Made by a program: the position numbers and the translations under genes. 64,000 nt of DNA, from assembly GCA_001643675.2 (NCBI GenBank), contig LSRY02000026.1, positions 124,001 through 188,000 on the forward strand. The letters are read 5' to 3'. Of this stretch, positions 47,245 through 60,216 are shown piece by piece; position 1 is the stretch's first letter, and each line of letters starts with the position of its first letter. The DNA comes from Monocercomonoides exilis PA203 (Eukaryota; Protista; Preaxostyla). Under the pieces are notes generated by a model. That model worked only from the letters and a program-made list of their open reading frames with translations, was not told the DNA's origin and ran no database searches.

Positions 47245-50200
47245 ACAAAAACGCAGTGAGACAGGTTTGCTCCGAGATAATGAGTATTGTTCACAATTTA
47301 TGTGTGGTTTGAGTGAAAACTTCGCCCTCCCAAAATGACGTGGAAAAAAAGGGGCGAGATGAAAATAAAGATAATAATATTAATAATTGTAAAATGAAAT
47401 AATGCATTGTCCCCTTCACTTCACTACCGACTTCGCCTTATCGCCTTGGTCACGAAGACCAGAGGGCAGGGGACATTGCCCCTCGGAGCTCTCTCCTGCA
47501 AGCTGTGCAAGGATCCGGTGAGGCGAGTGTTCCAAAATGGAGCAGAAAGAAAAATTACTTTCGCTTTCGCGAGGAGTGAAAAAGAAAACTGCATGTGATG
47601 TACTCTGCCTCCCGCTCTTCTGCTGCATCAGCAGAGCAACCCCAATCATCACACACTGCATATAAAAAATTTAATTCTTTTCTGTAAAAAACAATAGTAA
47701 CCGTGTTGGATAGAGAGCTTTTGATTAAACTTGTTTGTTCATTCTATTTGTGTATTTCCAGATTCTAGACGTACACTTATCACTTCGGGCGTTTGATCTT
47801 CTTTTCTCTCTTTCTATATCTCGCCTCCTTTTTCTTGTCACCTTCTTGCAAGCATGTAGTTTTCCTTCGCACACAGCCGCTCTGAGTCTCTTTATCCGCG
47901 TTCGTATTATCTCGAAGCGAACCTATCTCTCTGCGTTCTATCAATTCGCAAAAAAGCGAATATATGAACGCAAGGAGCATGTTTGCTCCTCAATAATGAG
48001 TCCTGAAACCTTTCGCTCTCTTTTCTCCCCTGATCTCAAACCCTCCTACCAAGCACGATCTAGTGTTGCGGATGTTTGGAGGGACTGCGGATGAAGGTGC
48101 AGCACCTGGCTCTTCTCCTTTTCTTTCTCGGCGTGCTTCTGAGACCTTCTTAACCGGTAATTCGATTCTTCTGAGTTCTTTAACATCTTCCCTTGACTTC
48201 TCACACCATGCTTCCTCTTTCATGTTTTCTTTTCTTTCTGTGAGGTTGTATGTTTGCTTCCAGTCAGCTCGCTAACGCTGCAGGGAATTATAAGTGGTGC
48301 TCTCCGATGCTAGGATGGTCGGGATGAGGAGTTCTGTGACAAAATTGCTTTCCTTTGCTTTCTCTCTTCTCAAAGCTGAAAGTCTTGGCTCTTTAACTTT
48401 TTTTCCTCTTCTTATATCTTATTCTCCCCCAGCTTTCGATGACTTCACTGTGCATTCTTTCATTAACGATTCCGCTTTCTCGATTCTCATATCCTTCCTT
48501 TCTCTTCCTATCTCCAACTTTTTTTTTCTTCTCCAAGAGGGGGTTCCTGGATGTTGGTCGTCAACAGGATCCATTTCGTATCTTGAACAGGTTAAAAGTT
48601 ATAAATTTTTGTGTCTCTCTTGATCCTGGCTCCGCTTTTGCGTACGAATTGCTCTCTTTCCAATCCGAACCTTCTCGTCCTTATATGTGTATTATAACTT
48701 TTGTCTAATCGAGAACACGGTCAAAGTATATTGTATTTCATGCTCTTTTCGAGTAGCTTCTAATTCTTCTTTTATTCTCTGCATATTTGCAGGTTCACCT
48801 TCTTTTATATCAACCAAACGTGTTCATCTTTTAAAGTTGTCTTGGAAAAATCCAGTTTACGTTGGAGCGCTACTTCTGCATCGATGAGTGGGTTAAATTG
48901 TTTGTTAATATTGATTTTTATAGTTTTCCTTAATGTTATCTTTATCTGCACTTCTATTAATACCGTATCTTCTTTCAATATTGAACTCTCCCTTCTCAAT
49001 CTCTCCAGCTCAGCTGGACTTAAAGCACCAAAAATCATTGTGAGGATGAGGGCTCTCCTCTGGAGGATCTGTGGGTCTTTCATATCGTGAGTGGCTTCTG
49101 CCCATTTCGTGATGATTGTCAAGTCCCACATTGATTTGTATCGTTTGCCCCTTCTTGGCTTATCCCACACATAAGTCTTCAGAAATATCTCTATGTACTT
49201 CCCATCAATTTTCGTCTCTCAAAACAGATTAAAAAAATCCAGTACCTTCAGCACTGTCTGATAAATGACTTTTCTTGACAGGTTGGTATTTGAAAGCGTT
49301 TCGGTAAACTCTGCCATAATCCACTTGGCATCTATGGTTGTGAGGGAATCGGTATCATCCATGCTCTCTCTATCAAGAAACTGCTTAAATCTTCGTAGCG
49401 CTCTCCACGTATCCCTTTCATTCTTCTGGTTTTTCAGTATTGCTGCTGCTATGTCTTTTGCTCCAACGTATTCTCCCCATGTTAAGAAGAGGTCCCTTCC
49501 TGGGATATTTTCTATTCCTGTGGAAAGCTAATGACCTCTCCTGGGGGTAACTTCTAGTCATTATTTCTCATCCTGGCTCCTGGCATCACACACCCCTGAA
49601 AGGGCCCCAGGTTCTTCATCGAATGCTCAGGCTGCAGCAGCGGGGACCAGGTCTGCCCCCGCCAAGCTGGTGGAATCAGAATCGTCAGTTCCCTCCGGGC
49701 CTCCTTCATCTCCTCTTTCATCATTCGTCCAATGTTTCTCAGGAACAGGTGGACAAGCGCTATGTCGTTTTCTGGTGTTTCTCTCTCTCTCCTCCTTCTC
49801 ACGGAGGATCGTTTCCAAATAGTTCCACAGGTCACCGGCGCAATCGGTTATGAAATTGTATCTTGTGTTCTCGGTGCGACTATTTGCAATATCTCTGCGA
49901 CTTTCTCCCTCCTCAGTGCATAGTCCGGCTTTTTCGCCATCCGGCTGAGTGCATCTGCTTCCGTGTTCCGCTCTCCCGGAAGGTGTCCCGTCTGTATTGT
50001 AATGTCCAGCTGTTCAGTTTCTTCTCTAATGCTCTCAGTGTTGAAAAGAGCGATGGCTCTCCTCTCTTCTTCTGGATTGTCCATCTCGTGGACATATTGT
50101 CTGTCCTCAGACAGATATGATCTATCTCCTGTTCTTTCAGCCATGCTCCTTTCCTTTCTAAAGTCCTCAACACTGCTCTGGACTCCTTCTCGTTTGTCGC

Positions 50201-53200
50201 TAAAGCACTCTCCTGGAGGGTCCATCTTCCGTGGACGAAAATATTCTCCTCTTTGTTCTCTCTCGGTATTGTTAACACTGCACCCCATCCCAGCTCTGAA
50301 GCGTCCGTTGTTAGCTCTGCTGGTCTGTTCCTTCTCCTCAGACTCCTTGGCCTGTTCTCTCGCAGAGTTTTCCTCCAATGTGTAAATTCTCCTAACATCA
50401 TTGGGTTGGGTATCACTGTCCCGTTCCAGCCTCCGCGGGCTATTGCATGCCTCAGCACGTATTGCATGCGCTTCATCCACAAGCTCGCTGGTGGGTGTTG
50501 TAACCTCACAAAATTCAACCTCCCGAGGAATGCTGTTAAGTCCCTCGTCTTTTGTCTCCTTCTTTCCTTTGCATGTGCTATCCATTTTCGCACATCCTCC
50601 AGGAGCAGCACTCTCTTCCTCTCTTGGAGCATCACTTCCATCTTCTCTGAGTTCCACAACCATCCCAGAAACTCCACGCTCCTTGTGGGTTCCAACTTCA
50701 GTTTTTCCTCCGACAGAATCCAGCCCAGATTCCTCAGGAACTGGGCTATCTCCTGTGAGATCAATCTCAGTGCATCACTGTCTGAATGCATGAGATGAAT
50801 ATCTTCAAGATATATCACAAACTTCACTTACCACTCTTCTCTGATATATGATGCTGATCGCCTCATTATCTTAGTGAATACTCTGGGTGCGTCTTTTGCC
50901 CCAAATGGCATCCCCACGTAAGCGTAGCATTGACTTTGAAAGCTGAAACACAGATAGGGACTGAATTGCTCGTCCACCTTAACATACAGGTATGTACTCG
51001 ACATACACAGAGTGGTCATCCAATCGTTCTCCTCCAGGAGTTCCACAACTGTCTCCTGGGAATCCATCTTGAAATGTTTTCCCTGCACTTCCTCGTTTAG
51101 AGCTCTGCAGTCCAGGATCTGTCTCCACTTTCCACTTCTTTCGAAATATGAATGTTGGGTTGAACCACTTCACCTCCGACTCCTGCGCGGGCTTCACCAC
51201 TCAGTCCTTCAATTCCTCCTCCAAGAAGGATAGATAATTGTTCATCATTTCCGTCGTCCTCCGTAACTCATGTGTGCATTTCCTCTCCTCGAGTGAGATT
51301 GGGGACTGGGGACTTCTCCATCGAGCTCTTATCCCACGGCTCACTAGTTTGTCTCCCCCAATCTTCTTCCACTCGTTCAGTCTGTTCACTAGTCTACCAG
51401 GCAGTGATTCCCTCAGTGGTACAATCGTTGCACTCCTTTTCACTTCTGGCGTCTTGTGGCCAGACTGCATCTGTGTAATCTCTTCCCCTTCGAGAATACC
51501 TGCAATGGCTGTCCTCGAGCTCACCTCCAAGGCGCTCCAAATTGGGGACTCTGTAACCGTCCCAGATGCTCTCCAAACTCCCTACTTTTTCTCCTTCTTA
51601 TTCCTCATCTCGCTCATCTGTCCTATCTTGTGGAGATTCACGAAGTCTACTTCTGTGCTCTCTTTCCGAATTTTCGTCTTATGATCTTCCGAGGTTTCTT
51701 GTTCTTTCGTCTTCTCGCGATCTAGTGTGGCAATCGCATTTCTGATATTCTCACGATATTATAAGGACTCTGTCTTTATTTCCATCTCTCGATTGAAAGG
51801 TTCTTCTTTTCGAATAGTTAGTTCTTTGAAACTCGAAAGTCTTCTGTTTATCTCTGTCTCACGGCAAAGCGCGACCTCCTTCCCCCTCGCTTCTTCTAGG
51901 CCCATTGGCTCGATCCAGAAGCTGTGCCTGTTGCTGGTCCTCCCTGTATCCTCGGGGTATCTGGGGGAAGGGGAACTGTGATCGAGGCCACTCTCCCAGC
52001 TGCTGCTGGGGCATGCTGTGGCAGGGCTTGTGTGGACCTCTTTTTTTTTCTGAAATTCGTGAAGCTTCCATCGAAGCCATGCTTTTGGAGCTGTCTGTAA
52101 GTGAAGCCCTGAGCGTTCCTGCCTGTGCCGTACCTCCTTGAGCGTCCGCTCCTGGCTGCGACAAGGCCGAAGGCTGTGGGGGAAACGGAGGATGCTCCGC
52201 ACCCTGGAACATCCCTTTCTGGATTAAAAAAGCTGGCACTCTCCACCAACATTCTAAGGCTTTTTGGTACATCTTTGGACGTTCAACATTCAAGGAAACA
52301 CTTCACATTCTCTCAGTTTGACTTGTGTATAACTTTTAGTAGATTAATCCGGCTGATACAGTCTGCAATCAGGGTATATGAGCAGAAGAGTCCCCTCAGT
52401 CGCTTTTTCTCTTCATCCTCTAAATGTGTCTTCCTCAATTCTCTTGTTGTAAGGGCTGCAATCGCATTGGCAGCTTCAAACTCCGACTCGAGAGCAGGTT
52501 GGAGCAGTTCCATAACCCGGACAGCTTCTGGTGAGTCCTTTCTTCCTTCAGCGGTGACCCCCGTCACCGCTAAGGCGTTCCAACTTGCATCAGTGTGTCT
52601 GGTGAAGAAATTCTTTTCCATCTCTGGAATAAACGAGTTAAAGATATCATTATTCATTCTGATCGATCCGGCCTTACAAAACTCCATAAATCTCTTCAGC
52701 TCACTCGCCTGTCTCCTGGGCGTCAGCCATTCGTCTGGGAAAATTCCCAAAAAGTCATCCGATCTTTCTTGATCATCTTCCAGCTTTTCTGTCCCTTCAA
52801 AATCGCAATCGCTGTCCTCTTCGTCGTTCAATCTCTTCATTTAACAAAGTGTGCGACAGCCCCTCAATGGCTGTCTGTGTCTCTTCTTTGCGATCATTTC
52901 TGAACAATAAGTTTCGGACTCAAATTCGCTTGATCTCGTCAGAGATTTTCTTCTTGGCCGTTCCCTCTTCGTCTTTCTCATTGGTAATATTCCTTCTGCT
53001 CCGGAGTGATTTAGTCCTCCTCTGCTCCTCGACACTTCATCGATCCAGTTTTCAACTCTCTTGAGCCTTTGAACAAGATCAACGATCTTCTCTTCGCTGT
53101 AGCTGTCTGCCATACTAACAGGATTTAGCGTCATTTCAACTGCGGACAATGGTCTGAACTAGAAGTCAATTCGTTAGCGAAGTTTGATCTTAAATCACCC

Positions 53201-53274
53201 ATAATTTATAATCAAACTCATTATTGAGGAGCAAACCTGCTCCTTGCGTTCGAAGATTCGCTTTATTGCGAATT
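47245..53274 (-). mobile_element. Full-length decayed DIRS1-type retrotransposon: gag-like, RT, RNase H, methyltransferase-like, tyrosine recombinase, ITRs and ICR
   Basis: gag-like 52313-53149. RT ~50750-51530 (GMPFGAKDAPRVFTK, IYLEDI). RNase H TTDASELGWG, LRTDN and NTEADALSR. MT-like PPAWRGQTWSPLL. YR ~48600-49500. Imperfect ITRs 47250-47325 vs 53178-53250. Confidence 0.92.
47906..48001. repeat. Internal complementary region (ICR) of the DIRS element
   Basis: 47943-48001 is complementary to 53216-53274 and 47906-47937 is complementary to 47250-47281. The two halves are adjacent. Confidence 0.88.
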
Positions 53275-54860
53275 CTTCCCCTTCTTCTTCTTCTCCTTCT
53301 TCTTCTTTCTCCTCCAACACCTCCATCACATCCCAGAACATCACTTTGTTCAGCTCCAATTTCTTGTCTTTTTTGAAGCTACGACAGTAGCAAGTGCTTC
53401 ATCTTCTTCAAAACTACCTGCAAAACATGCAAATGTTTCATCATCAGCAGCTGCAGCAACTGATAGCAAATGCTGACGCAACTCGACAAAACACACAACC
53501 TTCTTCTCAGATGACTTCACCTCAAAACAGCAGTATTTTTGCATCCTCAGCTTCATCAGCTTCTGCCTCTTTGCCTTTTCCATCTTCGTCTTTCGACATA
53601 ACTATTTCAAATGTTGAAACGTCTTTCACGTCACACGATGTACTTATCTCTTTGCAAACGTCTTCGTTTTCACCTTCAGCTGACATGCAAACATCGATTG
53701 GACGAAACTTTGAATGCTGGGTGCAATTGTCATGGGTAGAAAGTTGTGCTGAGGCAGCTGCGGGACTTGTGGCAGTGGACGATCCCGAATGAGCTGGAAA
53801 GAGTGAGGAGGAAACGAGAGGGCTGGAGCTGGAAACACATCATCCAGAAGTGGAGGAGCGGTAGGCTGCGCTACATGAAGGAGATTGTGCAGAACATGCA
53901 AACGATAGAACAGGAGACACTTGACGAGCACATGAGAGACAGTATGAAAGATTTTTTTGCGGAGATCTTGGGAATCGCAATGAACAAGCACTTCTGAAGG
54001 AATAAGAGGAATGAGAAGATTGAGCGGAAGAAATGGTCAGAGGGAGGGGAAAGAGACGATGTTTAGTTTACAAAACCGATTGAAGAAGATGACACAAAGA
54101 ACAAAAAAGCAAACCAGAAACAAATGAAGAAAAAGCAGATGACTTGAAAGACGGAAAAGACGCAAAAAACAACAGATTGTGGCAGCTCGCAGCAGTGTGA
54201 GTGAACAAAAGAGTTCGAATGTTTGAGAGATAAGGGGAGATTCAGATGTAGCGAAAGAAAGAACATGAGAAGTGGAGAGATGCAGCAATGGAAGCGAAGC
54301 AGAAGCAGCTGGAGATTAAAGAGAGATGACAACAGAGATGATTGGAGATTGAAAAGAGAAGAGAAAGAATATGTTACGATAGGGAAAAATCTGAGAGATG
54401 TGCAAAAGAAAATAGCAGATCAAAAAAGGCAGAAGCAGAAGGAGGAGAAGAAGACGCTTACAGCAAAGATGAAGGAGAAAGAGACCGAGTTGAGCCTAAT
54501 TTCATTTGAACAGAAAGAAGAAGAAGAGGAAATGCTGCAGGACGAGAAGAAGTTTGTAGAGATTCGCCACAAGCTATCGAAAGAGGCTGCAGCAGCTGCT
54601 GAATGAGAAGCAGCTGGAGAAGCTGGGGTTGATAGTAGCTTTATTGAAGACGATGACAGAGATTGAGGTGGCATACGAATTTGCAAACGTGCAGTCTTTT
54701 CGAGTGCTGACGGATGTGCGGAAGATAGTAGAAGGCAAAATGCGCATAAGAGAGTTGAGGACGAAATGCAGAGAGAGGGAGAAAGAGAGAAAGAGAGAGA
54801 AAGAGAATTAGCATTAGAAGAAGACGAAGAAAAAGAAAGTACAGAAAGTGCAAATGATTA
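53275..54860 (+). pseudogene. Fragmented coding-like region: Ser-rich stretch followed by a charged coiled coil; unidentified
   Basis: Successive short ORFs (53394, 53746, 54223, 54629) with host-gene-like composition, interrupted by stops and frameshifts. Confidence 0.4.
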
Positions 54861-55845
54861 ATCTTCCAATAGTGAATCTTCTGATGTTCCAGCTGTGCTT
54901 CAATCACCTTCTGCTTCTCAGTCAACGCTTAATCGAATAGCTGCTCCTTCTGCCACATGCGAAGTTCCAATTCTTAATTTCTATCACAGACAACACTCAA
55001 CAAACAGCAAATGCACAAGGCAACCAGCCAATGAGATCGATCTTTCCATTACCAGTATTTGCACCTCATCTCTCAACATCGATTCCTTTTTCGTATCCTC
55101 CCATTCAACTTCCTGTGAATATTTCACCATCTTTTCAGACTTTGCTTCCAGTTAATTCTTCTATATCAACACAAACCAACAGTCTTCCTCACTCGCTCCA
55201 TCTTCTTCTTCTTCCTCACAAAAAAGAAGTGCTTTTTTCATCAATTTTAGCTTTTGCTCATCAACTTTCATTTGTATTTGAAACAAGCTTTTTCAATTAT
55301 ATAAAAGGCAACTCTATTAAGTCTACAGGCAGTTGGAAATAAAGATCACTGAAAGATTAACAAATAATGGAACAGACAGTTGAAAATAAATTCAAACAGC
55401 ATCGCTTCGATATTTTTTATTTTTCATTTTTCGATTGTCTGAACTTGAACAGAATATTTTCAAAGATTTATTAAATATATTTGCATTTCATTTTTTTCTT
55501 ATGTTTTTTGATAATAAAATGTTTTCGTGTTTTCGTTTCATCTTCCGTAGTTGAAAAATAACTTTTGTTTGTTAACAAAAACATGCAATTCTTGTTTTCA
55601 GCTTTCTTGATTGACTTTTCCTCAAGATAGATTTTTCTATCAAGTTTATTAAAATTTTCGTAAATTCAAATATTTATTTTAATTGAATATACAAGTCAGA
55701 AAGAAATTCTGACACAAGCAGAAAAGTATTGGAAATATTATTTTCATTTTGAATTCAAAATTCTTATTAAAAAAGAACTTTTCGACACTGGTTTAGTCTT
55801 TCGACATACATGCATCGCTTTATTTTTCCTTGTCGCAAAGGCCTA

Positions 55846-55900
55846 ATTTTTTCTGATGAAATGTGTGCATGGAAATGGTATTTGGGTGATTTTTTTGAGA
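55846..55900 (+). pseudogene. 55-bp Merlin transposase fragment
   Basis: Translates to IFSDEMCAWKWYL, against IFSDEMGAWKWYF in the 44776-45342 ORF. Confidence 0.75.
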
Positions 55901-58900
55901 GAGAAAATAGACATTCAATTTCTTCTCTTCATATTTGAGAGACCATAGCTAATATGGAGCTTAACTCCTACAACCCATTTGAGTTTCTGCCATTCCTGCA
56001 TATTCTGATCTCTCAAGTCTTCGCAAATGGGCCCTTGTTCTTATTATGAATGTGTCAGATTCCTAATCCTTCTGCTCGCTTTTTGAAGTTGTTCTAGTCT
56101 GAATATCACTTGATTTTTCTTTGAAAGTTGAACCGCTTTGATCTTTTCGTCTTTCACAGCGGATCTTTGTGATTCTCCTAACTTCTGTCTCTATTTTTTC
56201 CATTGATTCGCCTTCCGACTCAGTCTCTGAATGAATTTGTTTGGTAACTTCTGCATTCGTGTTTTCTAATTCTCCATTTTCTGAGTGGCTTTCTTCTCTT
56301 TCCATTGTTGTCTCATTCATTGTTGCAACAATAACGTTTGCCATTGATTTGGATAATCGACTCTTTGAGTAATGTTTGACTAATTTATTAGTCCTCGATG
56401 AAAGACGAGCGAATTTTGCAATTTGAGCTGGTGGAATATCAGCCATTGTTAAAGCTGACAGAGTTGCCGATTTGAGAGAATAAGGAGTTATTGACTTGGA
56501 ATTCCTGCTTCTTCCATTGCATCCTTCTCCAGCCTTCTGATTCCAGAAACAGTGAGAGGCTCAAAGGTTTCTGTGTTGAGAAGCAAATGAGAAGTACCTC
56601 AATTCTTTGTTTGAACAATTTCCCATAACGTCCTAATTGCTGAAGCTGGGCAAATGAAAGGGACTTCTGACAGAAAAGGAACTGCGATCTCTGTTCTGGT
56701 GTTTGATGTTTTTAAGGAGGTATCCAAATAAACACCATCCTTTGTAATTCGAGACTGGGACATGTCCACCCTTTCCAATTCAGTGAACCTGCAGGCCGAG
56801 AAAAGCATTGTCAGAGTGATAACTTTTTGCGTAAGTGCTTTGAAAGTTAGATCGATATTTGGTCCCAGTTCATTATAGTATTTAAGCAGTGTTTTTGGAT
56901 TCCATATCTCGGGTACTGTCTTCTTCCTTGCAGTGTCTGTCCTTCTAAGCGACCGGAAAAGTGTTTTTATAATTGGGATCTCACCCAAGGCTGTGTTGAA
57001 TGCGAGCGATGAGAAAAAGGAAACCGCTGCTCTGATCATCTGGAGCACAGACACTTTAACTTCTTTATTCTTTAAGGATAAAAACACATCTGCACATTTT
57101 GCAGTCCACTCTGGAAGGTTGTCTGGTATTACTGAGTGTCCGCATAATTTCCATTGTTCAGCAAAACGTGCAAATCCGAAAAGGTATCCATCCCATGTGG
57201 ATTGTGCAACGCCTTGTCTGCATTGCTCACCAAGCTCCTCTGAAATCTTTCGTTCCTGTACGGCTTGTTTCCAAAACAGTTGACATTTTCTTTTGAGGGA
57301 TTCAGAAGAATTAGCCTGAGCTTCCCAGGAGGAAGATATGCTCCTGTCTTCTTCATTGATGGACCTTCCATCAGTTCCTGGATATTGTAATTTAGCTCCC
57401 AACTGTAGAAGTTGCTGTTGTGCAAAAGAACTTCCCAGTTCTGGCCTCTCCAGTTCGGCAGAAGAAGAACAACTTGAGCTCTTTCCTGTGTGCTTTCCGA
57501 ATCACCATCGGAATCAGCGGAATCGGAGGATGAGCAAGAACACATTCCTGACTCCAAGGAACTGACAGCATATCTTTGTGCATGGGGCTTCCCACACCGT
57601 ACCATCTGTCCAACATGTGATTGTGATGAGCCGCAAACGCGTCGAGAGTCGGTTTGACTTTGGTGAGCGATATAACTTTTTTGAAGGTTCTTTCTTTTAT
57701 GGTGTAGTCCTTTGCTCTTTCGATTCGAGATATTGCATATGCTCTGTTGTTCCGTGTCCCTGAAAGATGTTGTGCCTTCATCTGCACCTTCGTTGCTTCT
57801 TTCCACTTCCATATCTTTCGGAGAACTGACCTGAGATTCTTACCCACATTCCACCGATTGATGTTGAAGACAACAGAGCTGTTGTCCGACCTCAATTGAA
57901 GTTGAGATATTTTGTTTGTTCTGATTATTTGCGAGAAATCGTGGTGCGCCAATAACATAGCCAACTGTTCCCTGTGATTTGAAGATTTGCTGCGAGCGTA
58001 TTTGTGGAGCTTTGCATTCCAGTCCAAAATTCTGTTGTTGATTCGAAGTGTCGCTCCCATAGCTAGCTCCGATGCATCCGTTGTGAGTGTCGCTTGTGCA
58101 GAAAATACTGTTTGTAATTGTCGAGGCTTGTTCAGGTTCAGAATCCATTTCCATTCCCGTAACTCCTTCAGAACAGAGGCATTCATCTTCATTCTCCAGC
58201 TCCATCCTGATGTCTTCACATTCTTCTGGAGAAGATGATGCAAAGCCACCATCCGGAGTGAGGCGTCTTGTCTGATAAAGCGGACTGCATTTTTCTTCCC
58301 AATTAGTGAAGCGAAATCTTTCATACGAACTTGTTTGGCCCTGATGCTCTTCTTCTCCCAGAGATTGAGGAGAGCAACAAAAGAAAAAGCTCTGTCTTTT
58401 ACCAATCTCGCTGTGAACTCCTCTGTATCCCAGTCGAAGCCCAAATAGGTGAATCTCCTCGTTGGTTTCAACTGGCATTTGTCCTTGTGATAAATGTTAA
58501 TCACTAACTTTCCAAAGACAATATCACTTGGCTCTTGATTAATTCCAAATACGCTTCGTCTTGGTGGAGAATTATCAAATCGTCAATATATGCAATCTCT
58601 CTCACGTTCCATCTTTCCTTTATGGCTCTTCTCACCTTCCTCATAATCTTTGTGAAGATCCTTGGCACATACATAAATCCAAATGGCATTCCTTCGAATG
58701 AATAATCTGTTCCTTCGAACCTGAAACTGAGATATTGTTTTAAATCTGGTGAGACGCGGATGAGGTAATAGGCTTGAGCCAGATCCAAAATTATTGCATA
58801 ATCGTCTTTTTGGATGAGGTGTTCTACAGTTCTCTCGCTCTCGCATTTGAAGTGTAACCTCTTCATTGCTGCATTTAGGGGACGATAATCTAGGATCTGA

Positions 58901-60190
58901 TGCCAAGCTCCCGACTTCTTTTTGACCAAAAATATATTGTTTCTGAATTTATCCTGATTCACAGAACTTATGCTGATTATGCCTGAATCCAGTTGCTCCT
59001 TTTGCACACTTCTGAAGGCCCTCCGCTGTTCCTCGCTCATTCGCTTTGCTCCATCTACCCAAGCTCTTTTTTCCAATCTTTCTTTTGCTCTTTTACCCTT
59101 CCAACAAGCATGTGTTCCAAGTCTGATTAATCTTCCTCCATTTATCTTGTCCCATTCCTGTAAATACATTGCAGTTCGACCTCTAATTATTTTTTGCGTG
59201 CTCCTTAATATTTCTTTCCTCCCTCGGAATGCACTGAAACTCTCCTGCTCCAAGCATCTGCTTTCATTCTTTGGGAGTTTCAAAAAGTGGGTTGACTTCG
59301 AGGCGTCCGGGGCCAACTTCGAAAGAATTGTCTGCTGCTGTAGACATTTGACTGAGCTGTTTTGAAAGAAAATCTACCTGCATTATCTTTTCTCTTACAA
59401 TTTATTCCATCTGTCACTTTTTGAATTTGTTTCTGTTCAATACGAACCTCCTCCAAAATGTCTTATTGCCTCTTTGTTTATAAACCTCCAGTCGTATCTG
59501 CCTCCATCTTTCTCGCTGCTGAAAACCCACATCTGGCTTGGATCCGAGTTCTTCTGGCTTCATGAATTTCCTGAGTCATTAATAACAAAGCATCTTTTGT
59601 CATCTCATGAGCTAAGTCTGGTTTCATCTTTATGTTCTGAATGGATAATAACATTACTTTGAAGGCTGGAAATAAATATCTTACGAACTGCTCGCCTGCC
59701 TTGTCCAATGCTTCGCGATACCAGAACTTTGACCTAACTGCTGCTGGTGGGCTCTTGCTAATTACAGGATTAAAATCAAGCTCGTTGTAAAATGTTGCAA
59801 CATCTTCCAATTCAGATCTTGATAGCTACAAATCAAAGAGGGAAATTGTTGGATCTGTTTTATAAATTGCTGTGAAAATATCATCCATCGTGTCTGTGTG
59901 TTCTTTAGCACATTCTATGTCAATTTCCTCTGCAATTCTACCTTTATGGCTCTGATCAACATTTTGCGGGGGCAGCGTGAAGATTGAAGGAGCAATTGGT
60001 GGTGGAGCTATATCATTGCTTGTAGAAATTGTTGGCCCACTACCAAGTTTTGATTGTTCAGTTGAAAGCGCAATACCGGAAGCTATTGGAGGTTGTGAGG
60101 CGCTATACATTTTGATCGCGAAAGTGACATGCCCCATAAAAGTGACTTCTCTCAAAGATGAAGAGAAGAAATTGAATTGATAATTTTCTC
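55901..60190 (-). mobile_element. Compact (~4.3 kb) DIRS-like tyrosine-recombinase retrotransposon with ~42-bp ITRs; decayed
   Basis: gag-like ~59478-60110. RT 58504-59316 (GMPFG, AYIDD). RNase H plus MT 57392-58504 (TTDAS, RSDN, LDAFA, LAHPPIPLI). YR 56063-57402 (ACRFTEL, ICPASA). ITRs 55901-55942 vs 60148-60190 with a 30-bp core carrying 1 mismatch. Confidence 0.9.
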
Positions 60191-60216
60191 GAAGATTAAA
60201 ATGCTCTGCATTTTAA

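Noticed and set aside
47985-48015. Hammerhead-like ATGAG...GAAAC
   Set aside because: Lacks the CUGANGA core and the flanking stems, and most of the sequence is explained by the ICR.
11604-52843. Many single in-frame TAA/TAG codons, suggesting UAR-to-Gln reassignment as in some oxymonads
   Set aside because: Three ORFs of >1200 codons contain no in-frame TAA/TAG, and in-frame TGA and frameshifts occur in the same decayed loci. This is ordinary pseudogenisation.
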